Assembly (NCBI GenBank): GCA_038224685.1
Contig: JBBRFG010000001.1
Span: 1-58,534 of the forward strand
Reading direction: 5' to 3'
Length of the DNA stretch: 58,534 bases
Source of the DNA: Sphingomonadales bacterium
Lineage (GTDB): Bacteria; Pseudomonadota; Alphaproteobacteria; Sphingomonadales; Sphingomonadaceae
The first letter of the stretch is position 1. Every line of letters begins with the position of its first letter. Below, one piece after another: positions 48,086 to 57,275 of the stretch. The notes beneath the pieces were generated by a model that saw only the letters and a program-made list of their open reading frames with translations, searched no databases and was not told the origin of the DNA. A program made the translations under genes and the position numbers.

Positions 48086-48193
48086 GCATCGCTGTAAGCG
48101 AAAAACCGGTTCCCACTTTTTCGCGCGATGCTTAATTTGAAGCCAGCATCGCTGTAAGCGAAAAACCGGTTCCCACTTTTTCGCGCGATGCTT
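48086..48193. repeat. Tandem pair of identical 48-bp palindromic elements (period 60)
   Basis: GCATCGCTGTAAGCGAAAAACCGGTTCCCACTTTTTCGCGCGATGCTT at 48086-48133 and 48146-48193. Confidence 0.9.
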
Positions 48194-48205
48194 TAAGGCC
48201 CGCCC

Positions 48206-49471
48206 ATGCCAACCACCCCCGGACTTCCCGTGCGCCGCGCTGCGCTCCGCCTGCTTGATGCCGTGTTGCGCCGGGGGGAAACGCTTGAGGTGGCCGAAAT
48301 TGCGGCGCTGGGCGATGTCCGCTCCGCGCCTGATCGCGCGCTGGCCCGCGCGATTGCGGGCGAGACATTGCGCTGGCTGACCGATCTGGATGCGCTGATC
48401 GATTCTGTCACCAAACAAAACCTGCCACCTGATGCCAAGGCGCGGATGGTGCTGCGGGTGATGCTGGCGCAGGCGCTGCGGCTCGACACGCCGCCGCACG
48501 CGGTGATCGCCACCGGGCTGCCGCTGCTGACAGGCGGCCCGCGCAGGCTGGCGCACGGCGTGTTTTCGGCGTTGATAAAGCTTGGGGAGGCGAAGCCAGA
48601 AGGGCTGTTGCCCGCAATGCCCACCCTGCCCGAATTGGTCGTTGCGCGCTGGGGGGCAGACCGTGCCGCCGCTATCACTCCCGGCCTCGCGTTCCCGCCC
48701 GAACTTGATCTGGCGCTGAAAAACCCCGCCGAAACCGAAACCCGCGCCGTGGCGATGGGCGGGATCACGCTCGCGCCGGGACACGTCCGCCTGCCACGCG
48801 GCGCGGCGGTTGAAAGCCTCGCCGATTACAAAGCGGGCGATTGGTGGGTGCAGGATCTGGCCGCATCGATTCCCGCCCGGTTGCTGGGCGATGGAGCGGG
48901 CAAGCACGCGCTCGACCTATGCGCCGCGCCCGGCGGCAAGACGATGCAATTGGCGGCAGCCGGGTGGAACGTCACCGCGCTTGATAGCTCCAAGCGGCGG
49001 CTCGAACTGCTCAAAGACAATTTGAAGCGCACCGGGCTGAAAGCCTCGCCTGTGCGCGCCGATGCGCTGGTGTGGGAGCCGAAGCACCGGTTCGATGCAA
49101 TCCTGATTGATGCGCCCTGCACCGCAACCGGCACCTGCCGCCGCCATCCCGATGTGCTGCACCGGATCGGCGCGCGCCAAATCCCCGAACTGGTCGCATT
49201 GCAGCGCGCGCTGGCGGCCAAGGCGGCAGAATGGCTCAACCCCGGCGGGGTGTTGGTTTATGCAGTGTGTTCACTGGAGCGCGAGGAAGGCGAGGATCAG
49301 GCGGCGTGGATTGATGCTGACCTGGGCCTCACGTCCTCACCGATTACGCCTGAGGAACTGCCCGCTGGCCTCACCCCGACGCCCGAAGGCTGGCTGCGCA
49401 CTCATCCCGGAATGCTGCCCGATCAAGGCGGTCTGGACGGGTTTTTTATCGGCCGGTGGGTGAAGAACTAA
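48206..49471 (+). CDS. rsmB: RsmB/NOP family RNA m5C methyltransferase
   Basis: NusB-like N-terminus, VQD, DLCAAPGGKT, DAPCTATG, YAVCS, DGFF. Confidence 0.92.
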   Translation: MPTTPGLPVRRAALRLLDAVLRRGETLEVAEIAALGDVRSAPDRALARAIAGETLRWLTDLDALIDSVTKQNLPPDAKARMVLRVMLAQALRLDTPPHAVIATGLPLLTGGPRRLAHGVFSALIKLGEAKPEGLLPAMPTLPELVVARWGADRAAAITPGLAFPPELDLALKNPAETETRAVAMGGITLAPGHVRLPRGAAVESLADYKAGDWWVQDLAASIPARLLGDGAGKHALDLCAAPGGKTMQLAAAGWNVTALDSSKRRLELLKDNLKRTGLKASPVRADALVWEPKHRFDAILIDAPCTATGTCRRHPDVLHRIGARQIPELVALQRALAAKAAEWLNPGGVLVYAVCSLEREEGEDQAAWIDADLGLTSSPITPEELPAGLTPTPEGWLRTHPGMLPDQGGLDGFFIGRWVKN

Positions 49472-49480
49472 CCCCCCCCC

Positions 49481-49570
49481 GTCGCCCCGGACTTGATCCG
49501 GGGCTTGGCTCCATTACCTTGCTCCCACCGAAGAGAAGCTTGGCCTTGCGTCCCCGGCCTGCGCCGGGGC
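49481..49570. repeat. REP-like palindromes downstream of rsmB
   Basis: GCCCCGGA-CTTGA-TCCGGGGC (49484-49504) and CCCCGGC-CTGC-GCCGGGG (49552-49569). Confidence 0.7.
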
Positions 49571-49826
49571 AGGCAAGCACTGGGGGGTAAGGCGATAGGT
49601 GCGCCGCAGCGGTAAAGTGACCACACCGAATAGCTTGGCTGCTTCAAAGCCCCCATCTTAGCCCATAGACAAAGTGGCCGCTTTTAGGATCTGCTGCGTT
49701 TGACTGGAATGTCTGATTGTGGGTGGATTGCTGCCTGTCAGGTACTGGCGAGAATGGCTAAAAAGCTGACTTAGACCTTGCGGGGCGGCCGGCGATGGAT
49801 CTTCACTCGGAGAAGTTTTTCCCCAG

Positions 49827-51278
49827 TTATTTGGTCGAGTTATGACCATAGTTGGAAGCCAAAATCCCGATGAGGTAGCTTGTCGCGGTTTCGTAAAAGG
49901 CGCTACGAAAATGCCGGTCGTATTTATCGACCGCCGCCTCGATTTGCCCACGGTCGTACATCCGGCCACCAACCATCAGGAAGTTCCAGTCTTTCACCGA
50001 TGCGAGATCGATACGCGGGTCTTTCTGAAAAATCAGCAGATCAGCAAAGTTGCCGACGGCAATGCGACCGATTTTCCCCTTATCGACATGTCGCCCATTG
50101 ACCTGCGTCGCGGCGGCAAGCGCTGCCTCTTTGCTTCCAAAGGCCTCGGACAACAGCGTCAGTTCAAGATGAAGCGACTCTCCCGGCACAACATAAGGCA
50201 TGACGACATCCGAGCCCGCAAGAACGTCGATTCCGGCCAGATGGGCTTTGCCGACAAACGCGAGTTCTGCCGAAATTCCGGCTAAGCCTGCTGTGATGGC
50301 ATCGTTCGTTTCGGGATGCGATACGATGAGCGGCCAAGCCTTTTCCCAGCCTCTTGGCAAATGCTTGATGCCTACTGTCGGCGGAAAACGTCTATAGTCG
50401 GAGGCGGTTAACCGTGCGCGCCCATTCGCTTGTGTCGGCAAGATCGATAATCTGTTGGCCTTCATCAGGGCGATCACTTCGGCAACGTCGGCGTCGGACA
50501 TCGCGCTGACATCTTCGCTTCGATAATCTGCATTTTCCGGCGGAGTCTTGTGAAGATACGGAATGCCGTTGAAATGCTGAATCTCGAAATCCGATACATT
50601 GCTCAAATTCACCGCGTGCGGTGTGTGGCCGATCAGGGGTAGACCTTGTCGGACAGCTTCTGCGACAGCACCTTCAAATGCGGCCTTGGGCAAGCGCGTG
50701 TAGGTCTTGATGCAACTGACGCCGCTCGCCTTGAGGCTCTTCACCGTGGCAACCGCTTCAGGCCGGTCGAGAACACGCAAGGCGCTCGGCCAATTTGGCT
50801 TGTCACCATCAAGCACCGGGCCACATCGATACATGCGGGGGCCGACGATCTTCCCCGACGCAATGTCCGATTGCAGCGCTGCAACGCTGTCGTCAATTTG
50901 ACCAAGGTCTCTCACGGTCGTCACGCCATATTTAAGATATAGGAGCGAAAACAGGCGTTGGTTCCCGAAAGCCAGCTCCGGCGGCGTATGGATATGGGCG
51001 TCGATCAAGCCCGGCATGACGAAACAGTTTTTGCAGATCGGAGGATCGTCGCCGATGCGGCTCGGCCTTATCTCCGTTATCAGGCCGTTCTTTATGACAA
51101 TGGTTTGATCGAGCTGAAGGGCTTCGCCAGGGTTCCAGATGTTGACGTTCGCAATCATCCGGTCAAAACGTGGCGGCACCGGAATGTTGGGCGGGGCCAA
51201 CATCCAAACGCCCAACAAGCAGGCAATGATCAGCGCTCCGACAATGACCAGCGAATAATATGCAATTCGTCTAACCAT
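49827..51278 (-). CDS. Membrane-anchored metal-dependent amidohydrolase
   Basis: N-terminal TM, 'MPGLIDAHIH', 'GVTTVRDLG', 'AGSD', 'GRIAVGNFADL'. Confidence 0.9.
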   Translation of the reverse strand: MVRRIAYYSLVIVGALIIACLLGVWMLAPPNIPVPPRFDRMIANVNIWNPGEALQLDQTIVIKNGLITEIRPSRIGDDPPICKNCFVMPGLIDAHIHTPPELAFGNQRLFSLLYLKYGVTTVRDLGQIDDSVAALQSDIASGKIVGPRMYRCGPVLDGDKPNWPSALRVLDRPEAVATVKSLKASGVSCIKTYTRLPKAAFEGAVAEAVRQGLPLIGHTPHAVNLSNVSDFEIQHFNGIPYLHKTPPENADYRSEDVSAMSDADVAEVIALMKANRLSILPTQANGRARLTASDYRRFPPTVGIKHLPRGWEKAWPLIVSHPETNDAITAGLAGISAELAFVGKAHLAGIDVLAGSDVVMPYVVPGESLHLELTLLSEAFGSKEAALAAATQVNGRHVDKGKIGRIAVGNFADLLIFQKDPRIDLASVKDWNFLMVGGRMYDRGQIEAAVDKYDRHFRSAFYETATSYLIGILASNYGHNSTK

Positions 51279-51547
51279 TTACCCCCGCTGCGGCGGACTC
51301 TGCGCGACCCACCGATCCTAGCGACTGTGTTATCAGAATAACACAGTCATCGCAAGGGATGTTTCCAAACGGCATCCTTGGCGTCTCCTTTCAAGGATTT
51401 GGGTTCGACCCACCACCGACCGAAACGGGGTCGTTTCCCGAATGTCAGCTTTTTTCCGAATGACCACGAAAGCAGCCATGCCGCTACCCGCGTCAGTTGG
51501 GGGGATATCCTGCTTGTCGAGCGCTCGGCGACGACGTCGGTTCTATC

Positions 51548-52117
51548 TCAATCCTTCACATATTTCTGAAAACTCTTGCGCAATTTCATCAGCTTGGGCG
51601 GGATCACCGCTTGGCAATAGGGGTTGCGCTGGCCTTCGCCGTCCCAGTATTCCTGATGGTATCCTTCCGCCGGATACCACGCCATCACCTGTTCGCCGCC
51701 CGAAAGCCCTTCGATGGTGGTCACCGCCGTCTTGCCATGATCGGCGTTCCAGCGCGCAATTGCCGCTTCGGCCTCGCCGCCCTGCTCGTCTGACAGCGGG
51801 AAGATTGCGCTGCGGTATTGCGTGCCGACATCGCCGCCCTGCCGGTTCAGCTGCGTCGGATCATGCGTGCCCAAAAACACATCGAAAACCTCGGCCAAAC
51901 TGATCGCGTGGGGATCAAACGTCACCCGGATCGCTTCGGCGTGGCCGGTGGTGCCGGTGCACACTTCTTTATAAGTTGGGCTGGGTTTGGAACCGCCAAT
52001 ATAGCCGCTTTCAACCTCGCTTACGCCAATCACGTCGCGAAACACCGCTTCGGTGCACCAAAAGCACCCGCCCGCGACGACTGCGGTTCCCGGGGCTGCT
52101 ACCAAATTGCTCATCAA
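51548..52117 (-). CDS. msrA: Peptide methionine (S)-sulfoxide reductase
   Basis: GGCFWC, GHAE, HDPT, GTQYRS, AEGYHQ. Confidence 0.97.
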   Translation of the reverse strand: MMSNLVAAPGTAVVAGGCFWCTEAVFRDVIGVSEVESGYIGGSKPSPTYKEVCTGTTGHAEAIRVTFDPHAISLAEVFDVFLGTHDPTQLNRQGGDVGTQYRSAIFPLSDEQGGEAEAAIARWNADHGKTAVTTIEGLSGGEQVMAWYPAEGYHQEYWDGEGQRNPYCQAVIPPKLMKLRKSFQKYVKD

Positions 52118-52250
52118 AATCTCCGCTGGTTCTCCGCCAAGATAGGGCAGCCAACCGCAATTGCCACAGTAGAGGTGTTTTTGTGGCCTACCGCTTTGCT
52201 ACATGAGCAGGTATAGGCCCCCTGTCAGATTCCCCCGGAGAGTAGCTACA

Positions 52251-53162
52251 ATGAACAAATTGATCCTTGCCCTCGCCGCCGTAAGCAGCCTTGCTATCGC
52301 GGCACCCGTTCTGGCCGATCATCACGGCAAAAAGGACGAAAAGGCCATGATGGAAAAGGCTGAGATGCATAAGGGCATGTCGCCTGACGAAATGTCTGCG
52401 ATGTTCCTCAAACATCATGCCGAGGCCTTGTCAGGCGCGATCAACCACCCCTCACGCGCCGAAGACCGCGCGCGTGACCAATTCCGCCACCCGGCCGAGA
52501 CGCTCGCCTTTTTCCATGTCGAACCTGATATGAAGGTGGGTGAATATGCGCCGGGCGGCGGCTGGTATACGCGCCTGCTCGGCCATTATCTGGGCGGGCA
52601 AGGCCAGTTGGTCGGCGTGTTTGCCAACCCCCTCACCGCCAGCAGCGATCCGGTGCGCCAGCAGCGGCTGCGCGATGCGGCAGGCGCTTTCGGGGCTGAA
52701 GTGGCCACTTACACCGGGCTGCCAGCGGAAAAATTCAGCGGCATGACGCTGGAGACCATTCCCGATGATCAGAAAGGCACGTTCGACCGGATTTTGGTGA
52801 TCCGTTCGATGCACAATATCACCCGCGCAGGGATCGCCGATACCGAGATTCGTTCTATGCGCGCATTGCTCAAAGATGATGGCATGATCGGCATTGTCCA
52901 GCACCGCGCCAAGGCGGATGCCCCGTGGTCGTACTCAAACGGCACCGCTGGCTATATGAAGCAGGATGACATCATTGATATCATGCGCCTTAACGGGTTT
53001 GATCTGGTCGGCGCGAGCGAGATCAACGCCAATCCCAAAGACACCGCCGATCACAAGGAAGGCGTATGGGAAATGCCCCCGGTGCTGGCAACCAAGCGCG
53101 AAGACCTGAAAGGCTTGGGCGAAAGCGACCGGATGACTCTGCTCTTCAAGAAGGCACTATAA
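52251..53162 (+). CDS. Exported predicted class I SAM-dependent methyltransferase
   Basis: ATG at 52251 after GGAGA; signal peptide; 'RHPAETLAFF', 'PGGGWYT', 'SEINANPKD', 'GESDRMTL'. Confidence 0.82.
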   Translation: MNKLILALAAVSSLAIAAPVLADHHGKKDEKAMMEKAEMHKGMSPDEMSAMFLKHHAEALSGAINHPSRAEDRARDQFRHPAETLAFFHVEPDMKVGEYAPGGGWYTRLLGHYLGGQGQLVGVFANPLTASSDPVRQQRLRDAAGAFGAEVATYTGLPAEKFSGMTLETIPDDQKGTFDRILVIRSMHNITRAGIADTEIRSMRALLKDDGMIGIVQHRAKADAPWSYSNGTAGYMKQDDIIDIMRLNGFDLVGASEINANPKDTADHKEGVWEMPPVLATKREDLKGLGESDRMTLLFKKAL

Positions 53163-53180
53163 TCAAATAGGGGCGGCGGC

Positions 53181-54059
53181 ATGACCACAATCACTGTCGC
53201 CGCCCTGCAATTGCCGCTTGGCTCGCCCGACGAGGCGGCCAATATCGCTGCTGTTACCGCGCTGGTCGAGGACGCGGCGGGGCAAGGCGCGCAGTTGATC
53301 CTGCCGCCTGAGTTGTTTTCCGGCCCCTATTTCTGCCGCACCGAAGACGAGGCGCTGTTTGCGCTCGCCCGGCCCACTGCGCAGCACCCCAGCGTCATCG
53401 CGATGCAGGCGCTCGCCGCGCGGCTGAAGGTGACGATCCCGACCAGCTTTTTTGAACGCGACGGGCACCATTATTATAACACGCTGGCGATGATCGGCCC
53501 CGATGGCGCGGTGCAGGGCACCTACCGCAAAAGCCACATTCCTGATGGGCCGGGATACGAGGAAAAATACTATTTCCGCCCGGGCAATGATGGTTTCAAG
53601 GTGTGGGATGTGCCGGGCGAAGGCGGCGCGGTGATCAAGGTTGGCGTCGGCATCTGCTGGGATCAATGGTATCCCGAAGCTGCGCGGGTGATGGCGTTGC
53701 GGGGCGCAGAAGTGCTGCTGTATCCCACCGCGATCGGATCGGAACCATACGACGCAGGGCTGGACACCAGCCGCATGTGGCGGCGCGCGATGGTGGGCCA
53801 TGCGGTATCAAACTGTATGCCGGTGGTCGCCGCCAACCGCATCGGGGCCGAAGGGCCAGCGGGCGCCGAGCAGAACTTTTACGGCCATTCATTTATCGCT
53901 GACGAATGGGGCGATTTGGTCGCTGAATTCGGCGCGGGCGAGGCTGGCGTTCTGATTGCGCGGCTCGATCTGGCGCGCGCGGCGACGCACCGCGCGGGCA
54001 TGGGGTTCTTCCGCGACCGCCGCCCGCAGCTTTACGGGCGAATTGCAGAAGACGTTTGA
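53181..54059 (+). CDS. aguB: N-carbamoylputrescine amidase
   Basis: Nitrilase triad PELF / YRKSHIPDGPGYEEK / ICWDQW; YPTAIGSEP. Confidence 0.93.
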   Translation: MTTITVAALQLPLGSPDEAANIAAVTALVEDAAGQGAQLILPPELFSGPYFCRTEDEALFALARPTAQHPSVIAMQALAARLKVTIPTSFFERDGHHYYNTLAMIGPDGAVQGTYRKSHIPDGPGYEEKYYFRPGNDGFKVWDVPGEGGAVIKVGVGICWDQWYPEAARVMALRGAEVLLYPTAIGSEPYDAGLDTSRMWRRAMVGHAVSNCMPVVAANRIGAEGPAGAEQNFYGHSFIADEWGDLVAEFGAGEAGVLIARLDLARAATHRAGMGFFRDRRPQLYGRIAEDV

Positions 54060-54586
54060 GCAGCGCCTATCTGGTCGCGCTGGGCAGCAACCGGCGGCAT
54101 GGGCACTATGGCCCGCCGCCCGGCGTGGTGCGCGCGGCGATGGAGGAGCTTGCAGCGCTCGGCACGGTAACCGCGCGCTCGCCCGTAGTCGCGACCCCGC
54201 CGATGGGCGCAGCATCGCGCCGGTTCGCCAATGCCGCGCTGGTGCTGGACAGCGAACTCACCCCGCCCGCCCTGCTCGCCGCGCTCAAGCGGATGGAGCG
54301 CGAATTTGGGCGGCGGCGCGGGCAACGTTGGGGCGACCGGGTGCTTGATCTGGATATCGTGTTGTGGAGCGGCGGCATTTGGCGTTCAGGCGGGCGTTCA
54401 GGTCATCTCACAATCCCGCATCCAGCCTATCGCATCCGCGAATTTGTGCTGGCCCCGGCGCGCGCCATCGCGCCGCATTGGCGCGATCCGGTGAGCGGAT
54501 TGACGATCGCGCACTTGCATGCCCGCTTGACCCGCAGCCGCCCCCTGCTTAGTGGAGCGCCCTCGCCGCAAACACGCGGCCCTTAA
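54056..54586 (+). CDS. folK: 2-amino-4-hydroxy-6-hydroxymethyldihydropteridine diphosphokinase
   Basis: ALGSN, FAN, WGDRVLDLDI, IPHP, REFVLAP. Confidence 0.93.
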   Translation: MSSAYLVALGSNRRHGHYGPPPGVVRAAMEELAALGTVTARSPVVATPPMGAASRRFANAALVLDSELTPPALLAALKRMEREFGRRRGQRWGDRVLDLDIVLWSGGIWRSGGRSGHLTIPHPAYRIREFVLAPARAIAPHWRDPVSGLTIAHLHARLTRSRPLLSGAPSPQTRGP

Positions 54587-54609
54587 GCCGCTGCCAAAGC
54601 TGCTCACGT

Positions 54610-54685
<76 letters not shown>

Positions 54686-54704
54686 CTTCATTCTTCGCAC
54701 GCCT

Positions 54705-54790
54705 CCGGCACGCGGTCTCCTCGGCCCTATGGGCCTGCGGGCGGCGTTTTTGTCGTCCTATCGCTTCGCTACTTGAGGACGGTCGCCCTT
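54705..54790. repeat. Palindromic REP-like segment downstream of tRNA-Lys
   Basis: GGCCC-TAT-GGGCC (54723-54735) and CGTCCT...AGGACG (54754-54781). Confidence 0.4.
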
Positions 54791-54812
54791 GGGGGTGTTC
54801 GGGTGCGATCTG

Positions 54813-55526
54813 CTAGGCTTGCTTCTCCCGATCCAGCCACCGCGCCGCTTTTACGCCGCCGGTGATCAGGAACGGCACCAGCACAATGCTCAACGCTACC
54901 TTGGCGATCACTTGGCCGATCATCAGGTCGGTGATGTCGAACTCGCCGTAAAAGGCGAGCGTGATGAAAATCACCGAATCGACCGCTTGCGACAACGCCG
55001 AGGCCACCGCGCCGCGCGCCATCAGGCCGAGCGTGCTTTCGCTGCCCGCGCCGCGCAGCCGGTCGAAAATCCAGATGTTGAGCAGCAACGAAGTGATGTA
55101 GGACGCTGGCCCGGCCATCCACACCCGCCAGGTCGAACGATTCACCTGCTCGAACGCAGCGAGATCATCGGGCCGGAACGCGATCATTTCGGACGAGGCG
55201 GGCAGTGCCAGCACCAGCTGCATCAGCACCGCCGACAGGCCCAGCGGCAGAAACCCCCACCACACGATCCGCTGCGCCGCCGGGCGGCCATAAAGCTGCG
55301 ACAATGTGCTGGAAATCACCACCAGCAACAGGAACGGGAAGATCCCGCTCTCCACCGCCAGCTCAGTCGGCCACAACTGCACCTGTTTGAACGCCAGCAC
55401 GCCCGCCAGCACCGTCATCCCGCCATACAGCAGTGTGGCAACAAACAAACCCAGCGGCATGTTCGCCAGCATGTTAGGGGGTGTGCCGGGCGGAGCAACG
55501 GGGGTTGCAATTGCGGTGTCGTTCAT
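54813..55526 (-). CDS. yhhQ: Queuosine precursor transporter (YhhQ/VUT family)
   Basis: About 6 TM; 'QLYG...A...VWWGF', 'LLNIWIF', 'SQAVDSVIFITLAFYG'. Confidence 0.88.
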   Translation of the reverse strand: MNDTAIATPVAPPGTPPNMLANMPLGLFVATLLYGGMTVLAGVLAFKQVQLWPTELAVESGIFPFLLLVVISSTLSQLYGRPAAQRIVWWGFLPLGLSAVLMQLVLALPASSEMIAFRPDDLAAFEQVNRSTWRVWMAGPASYITSLLLNIWIFDRLRGAGSESTLGLMARGAVASALSQAVDSVIFITLAFYGEFDITDLMIGQVIAKVALSIVLVPFLITGGVKAARWLDREKQA

Positions 55527-55741
55527 GCGCCAATGGGTAACCAGCGCGCGGCCAAAAGAAAAGCGGCGTGAGTGCGGCTGTCACCCGCCAACGCTGCGCA
55601 CGGCTTTGGCCTGCGCTGTGTGCCCCCTTGCAACCAGCGGCACAAACTGCCACGCCCGCCCTGTTGCTGGCAGGGAAAACCCTTGGGGGCGTCGCGGGCC
55701 GGGTCATTTATTTCTAATATGCAAAGGGCATAGTTGCTGCC

Positions 55742-57223
55742 GTGAACGAGGGTATCACGCCGATCCTGCTGAGCCTTGCAGGGGTCATCGCCATTCTGGG
55801 CATCGCCTTTGCGCTGTCATCGGCCAAGCGCAAGATCAACCTGCGAGTGGTTGGATCGGCATTTGCCTTGCAGGCAATCACCGCGCTGATCGTGCTGCGC
55901 ACCGATGCCGGTGTCGCGGTGATCGGCGGGCTTTCGCGCGGGGTGATCGCGTTGCTCGATTTCTCCAAGGTGGGGATCACGACCGTGTTCGGCCCGATGG
56001 AAAACAATCCGTTTGCCAATACTTTTGTCATCGCCGCGCTGCCGGTGATCGTGTTTTTCGCAGCGATTGTCTCGATCCTCTACCATCTTGGCATCATGCA
56101 GCGGCTGGTGCGCTGGGTTGGCGGGGCGATTGGCTGGATCACCGGGATCAGCCAAGTCGAAGCGCTGGGCGCAGCGGCGAACATATTTGTCGGCCAGTCG
56201 GAAAGCCCACTGGTGGTGCGGCCCTATCTTGCCGCGTTGTCGCCATCGGCGTTGTTTACGCTGATGACAGTCGGGATGGCAGGCGTCGCTGGCACGATCT
56301 TGGCCGCCTATGCCAGCTTCATCGGCGAAGAGGCTGTGCCGCTGCTGCTGGCGGCTGCGTTCATGTCGGCGCCGGGCGGTATCCTGATGGCCAAGATCAT
56401 GATGCCCGATGACGCGGTGCTCGCCCCACTGCCCGGCCAAGGGGTCGGCCCGGCAGCGGTGGCGCGCGCACGCGGCGAGCCCAATACCCTTACGCAGGCC
56501 ACAATGGTGGTGATGTATGACGAAAACGGGCAACAGGTCGAACTGCCGCAGGCCCGGATCAGCACGGTCGGCCCAGCCGCAATGGTCGAAGGCGGCAACA
56601 AGGCCGATGAAGTGATGGCGGCCGAAACCTTTGAAGAAGGCCAGCGCCCCGCCAACATTATCGAAGCCGCCGCCCAAGGCGCCCAGACCGGGGTGAAGCT
56701 GGCGGTTGCGGTCGGCGCGATGGTGATGGTGTTTGTGGCGCTGGTGGCGATGGCCAATGGCATGTTGGCGGGCATTGGCGGCGGGATTGTGAACCTGGCC
56801 GATGGCATGGGCGCGCCGCTTGCACCGGCCACCGCCGCGTGGCTGGCAAATGTCAGTTTTCAACAATTGCTCGGCTATCTGTTTGCGCCCGTCATGTTTC
56901 TGATCGGCATTTCCGATTGGCAGCAGGCGCAGGTCGCGGGCGGGTTGTTCGGCACCAAGATCGTGTTGAATGAATTCGTCGCTTTTATCCAATTGGGCGA
57001 CATGAAGAATGGCGAACTCACCGCGCGCAGCCGGGAAATTGTCACATTTGCGCTGTGCGGATTTGCCAATTTCTCCTCGATCGCGATTCAGATGGCGGTG
57101 ACTGGCGGGCTGGCCCCCAATCAACGCCCGGTGATCGCGCGGTTGGGGCTGAAAGCGCTGGCCGCGGGCAGCCTCGCCAACCTGATGAGCGCGGCATTGG
57201 CGAGCCTGTTTTTACCGCTTTAA
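55742..57223 (+). CDS. nupC: Concentrative nucleoside transporter (NupC/CNT family)
   Basis: 'NIFVGQSESP', 'MSAPG', 'KIVLNEFVAF', 'FALCGFANFSSIAI'. Confidence 0.95.
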   Translation: MNEGITPILLSLAGVIAILGIAFALSSAKRKINLRVVGSAFALQAITALIVLRTDAGVAVIGGLSRGVIALLDFSKVGITTVFGPMENNPFANTFVIAALPVIVFFAAIVSILYHLGIMQRLVRWVGGAIGWITGISQVEALGAAANIFVGQSESPLVVRPYLAALSPSALFTLMTVGMAGVAGTILAAYASFIGEEAVPLLLAAAFMSAPGGILMAKIMMPDDAVLAPLPGQGVGPAAVARARGEPNTLTQATMVVMYDENGQQVELPQARISTVGPAAMVEGGNKADEVMAAETFEEGQRPANIIEAAAQGAQTGVKLAVAVGAMVMVFVALVAMANGMLAGIGGGIVNLADGMGAPLAPATAAWLANVSFQQLLGYLFAPVMFLIGISDWQQAQVAGGLFGTKIVLNEFVAFIQLGDMKNGELTARSREIVTFALCGFANFSSIAIQMAVTGGLAPNQRPVIARLGLKALAAGSLANLMSAALASLFLPL

Positions 57224-57275
57224 GAGGTGCAGCTCCCTCTTGGCAGAGGCGCAGACGCCGGTGTAAAGACCCCGC

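Noticed and set aside
48086-48193. Possible mini-CRISPR
   Set aside because: Only two 48-bp units with a 12-bp spacer and no cas genes; fits a palindromic repeat duplication.
49472-49480. C9 homopolymer as a phase-variation tract
   Set aside because: Lies just after the rsmB stop, outside any coding or evident promoter sequence.
49580-49660. Possible gene remnant on the minus strand (DGGFEAAKLFGVVTLPLRRTYRL)
   Set aside because: Too short to assign without a BLASTX search.
55527-55741. preQ1 riboswitch upstream of yhhQ
   Set aside because: No recognisable preQ1 stem-loop plus A-rich tail consensus.
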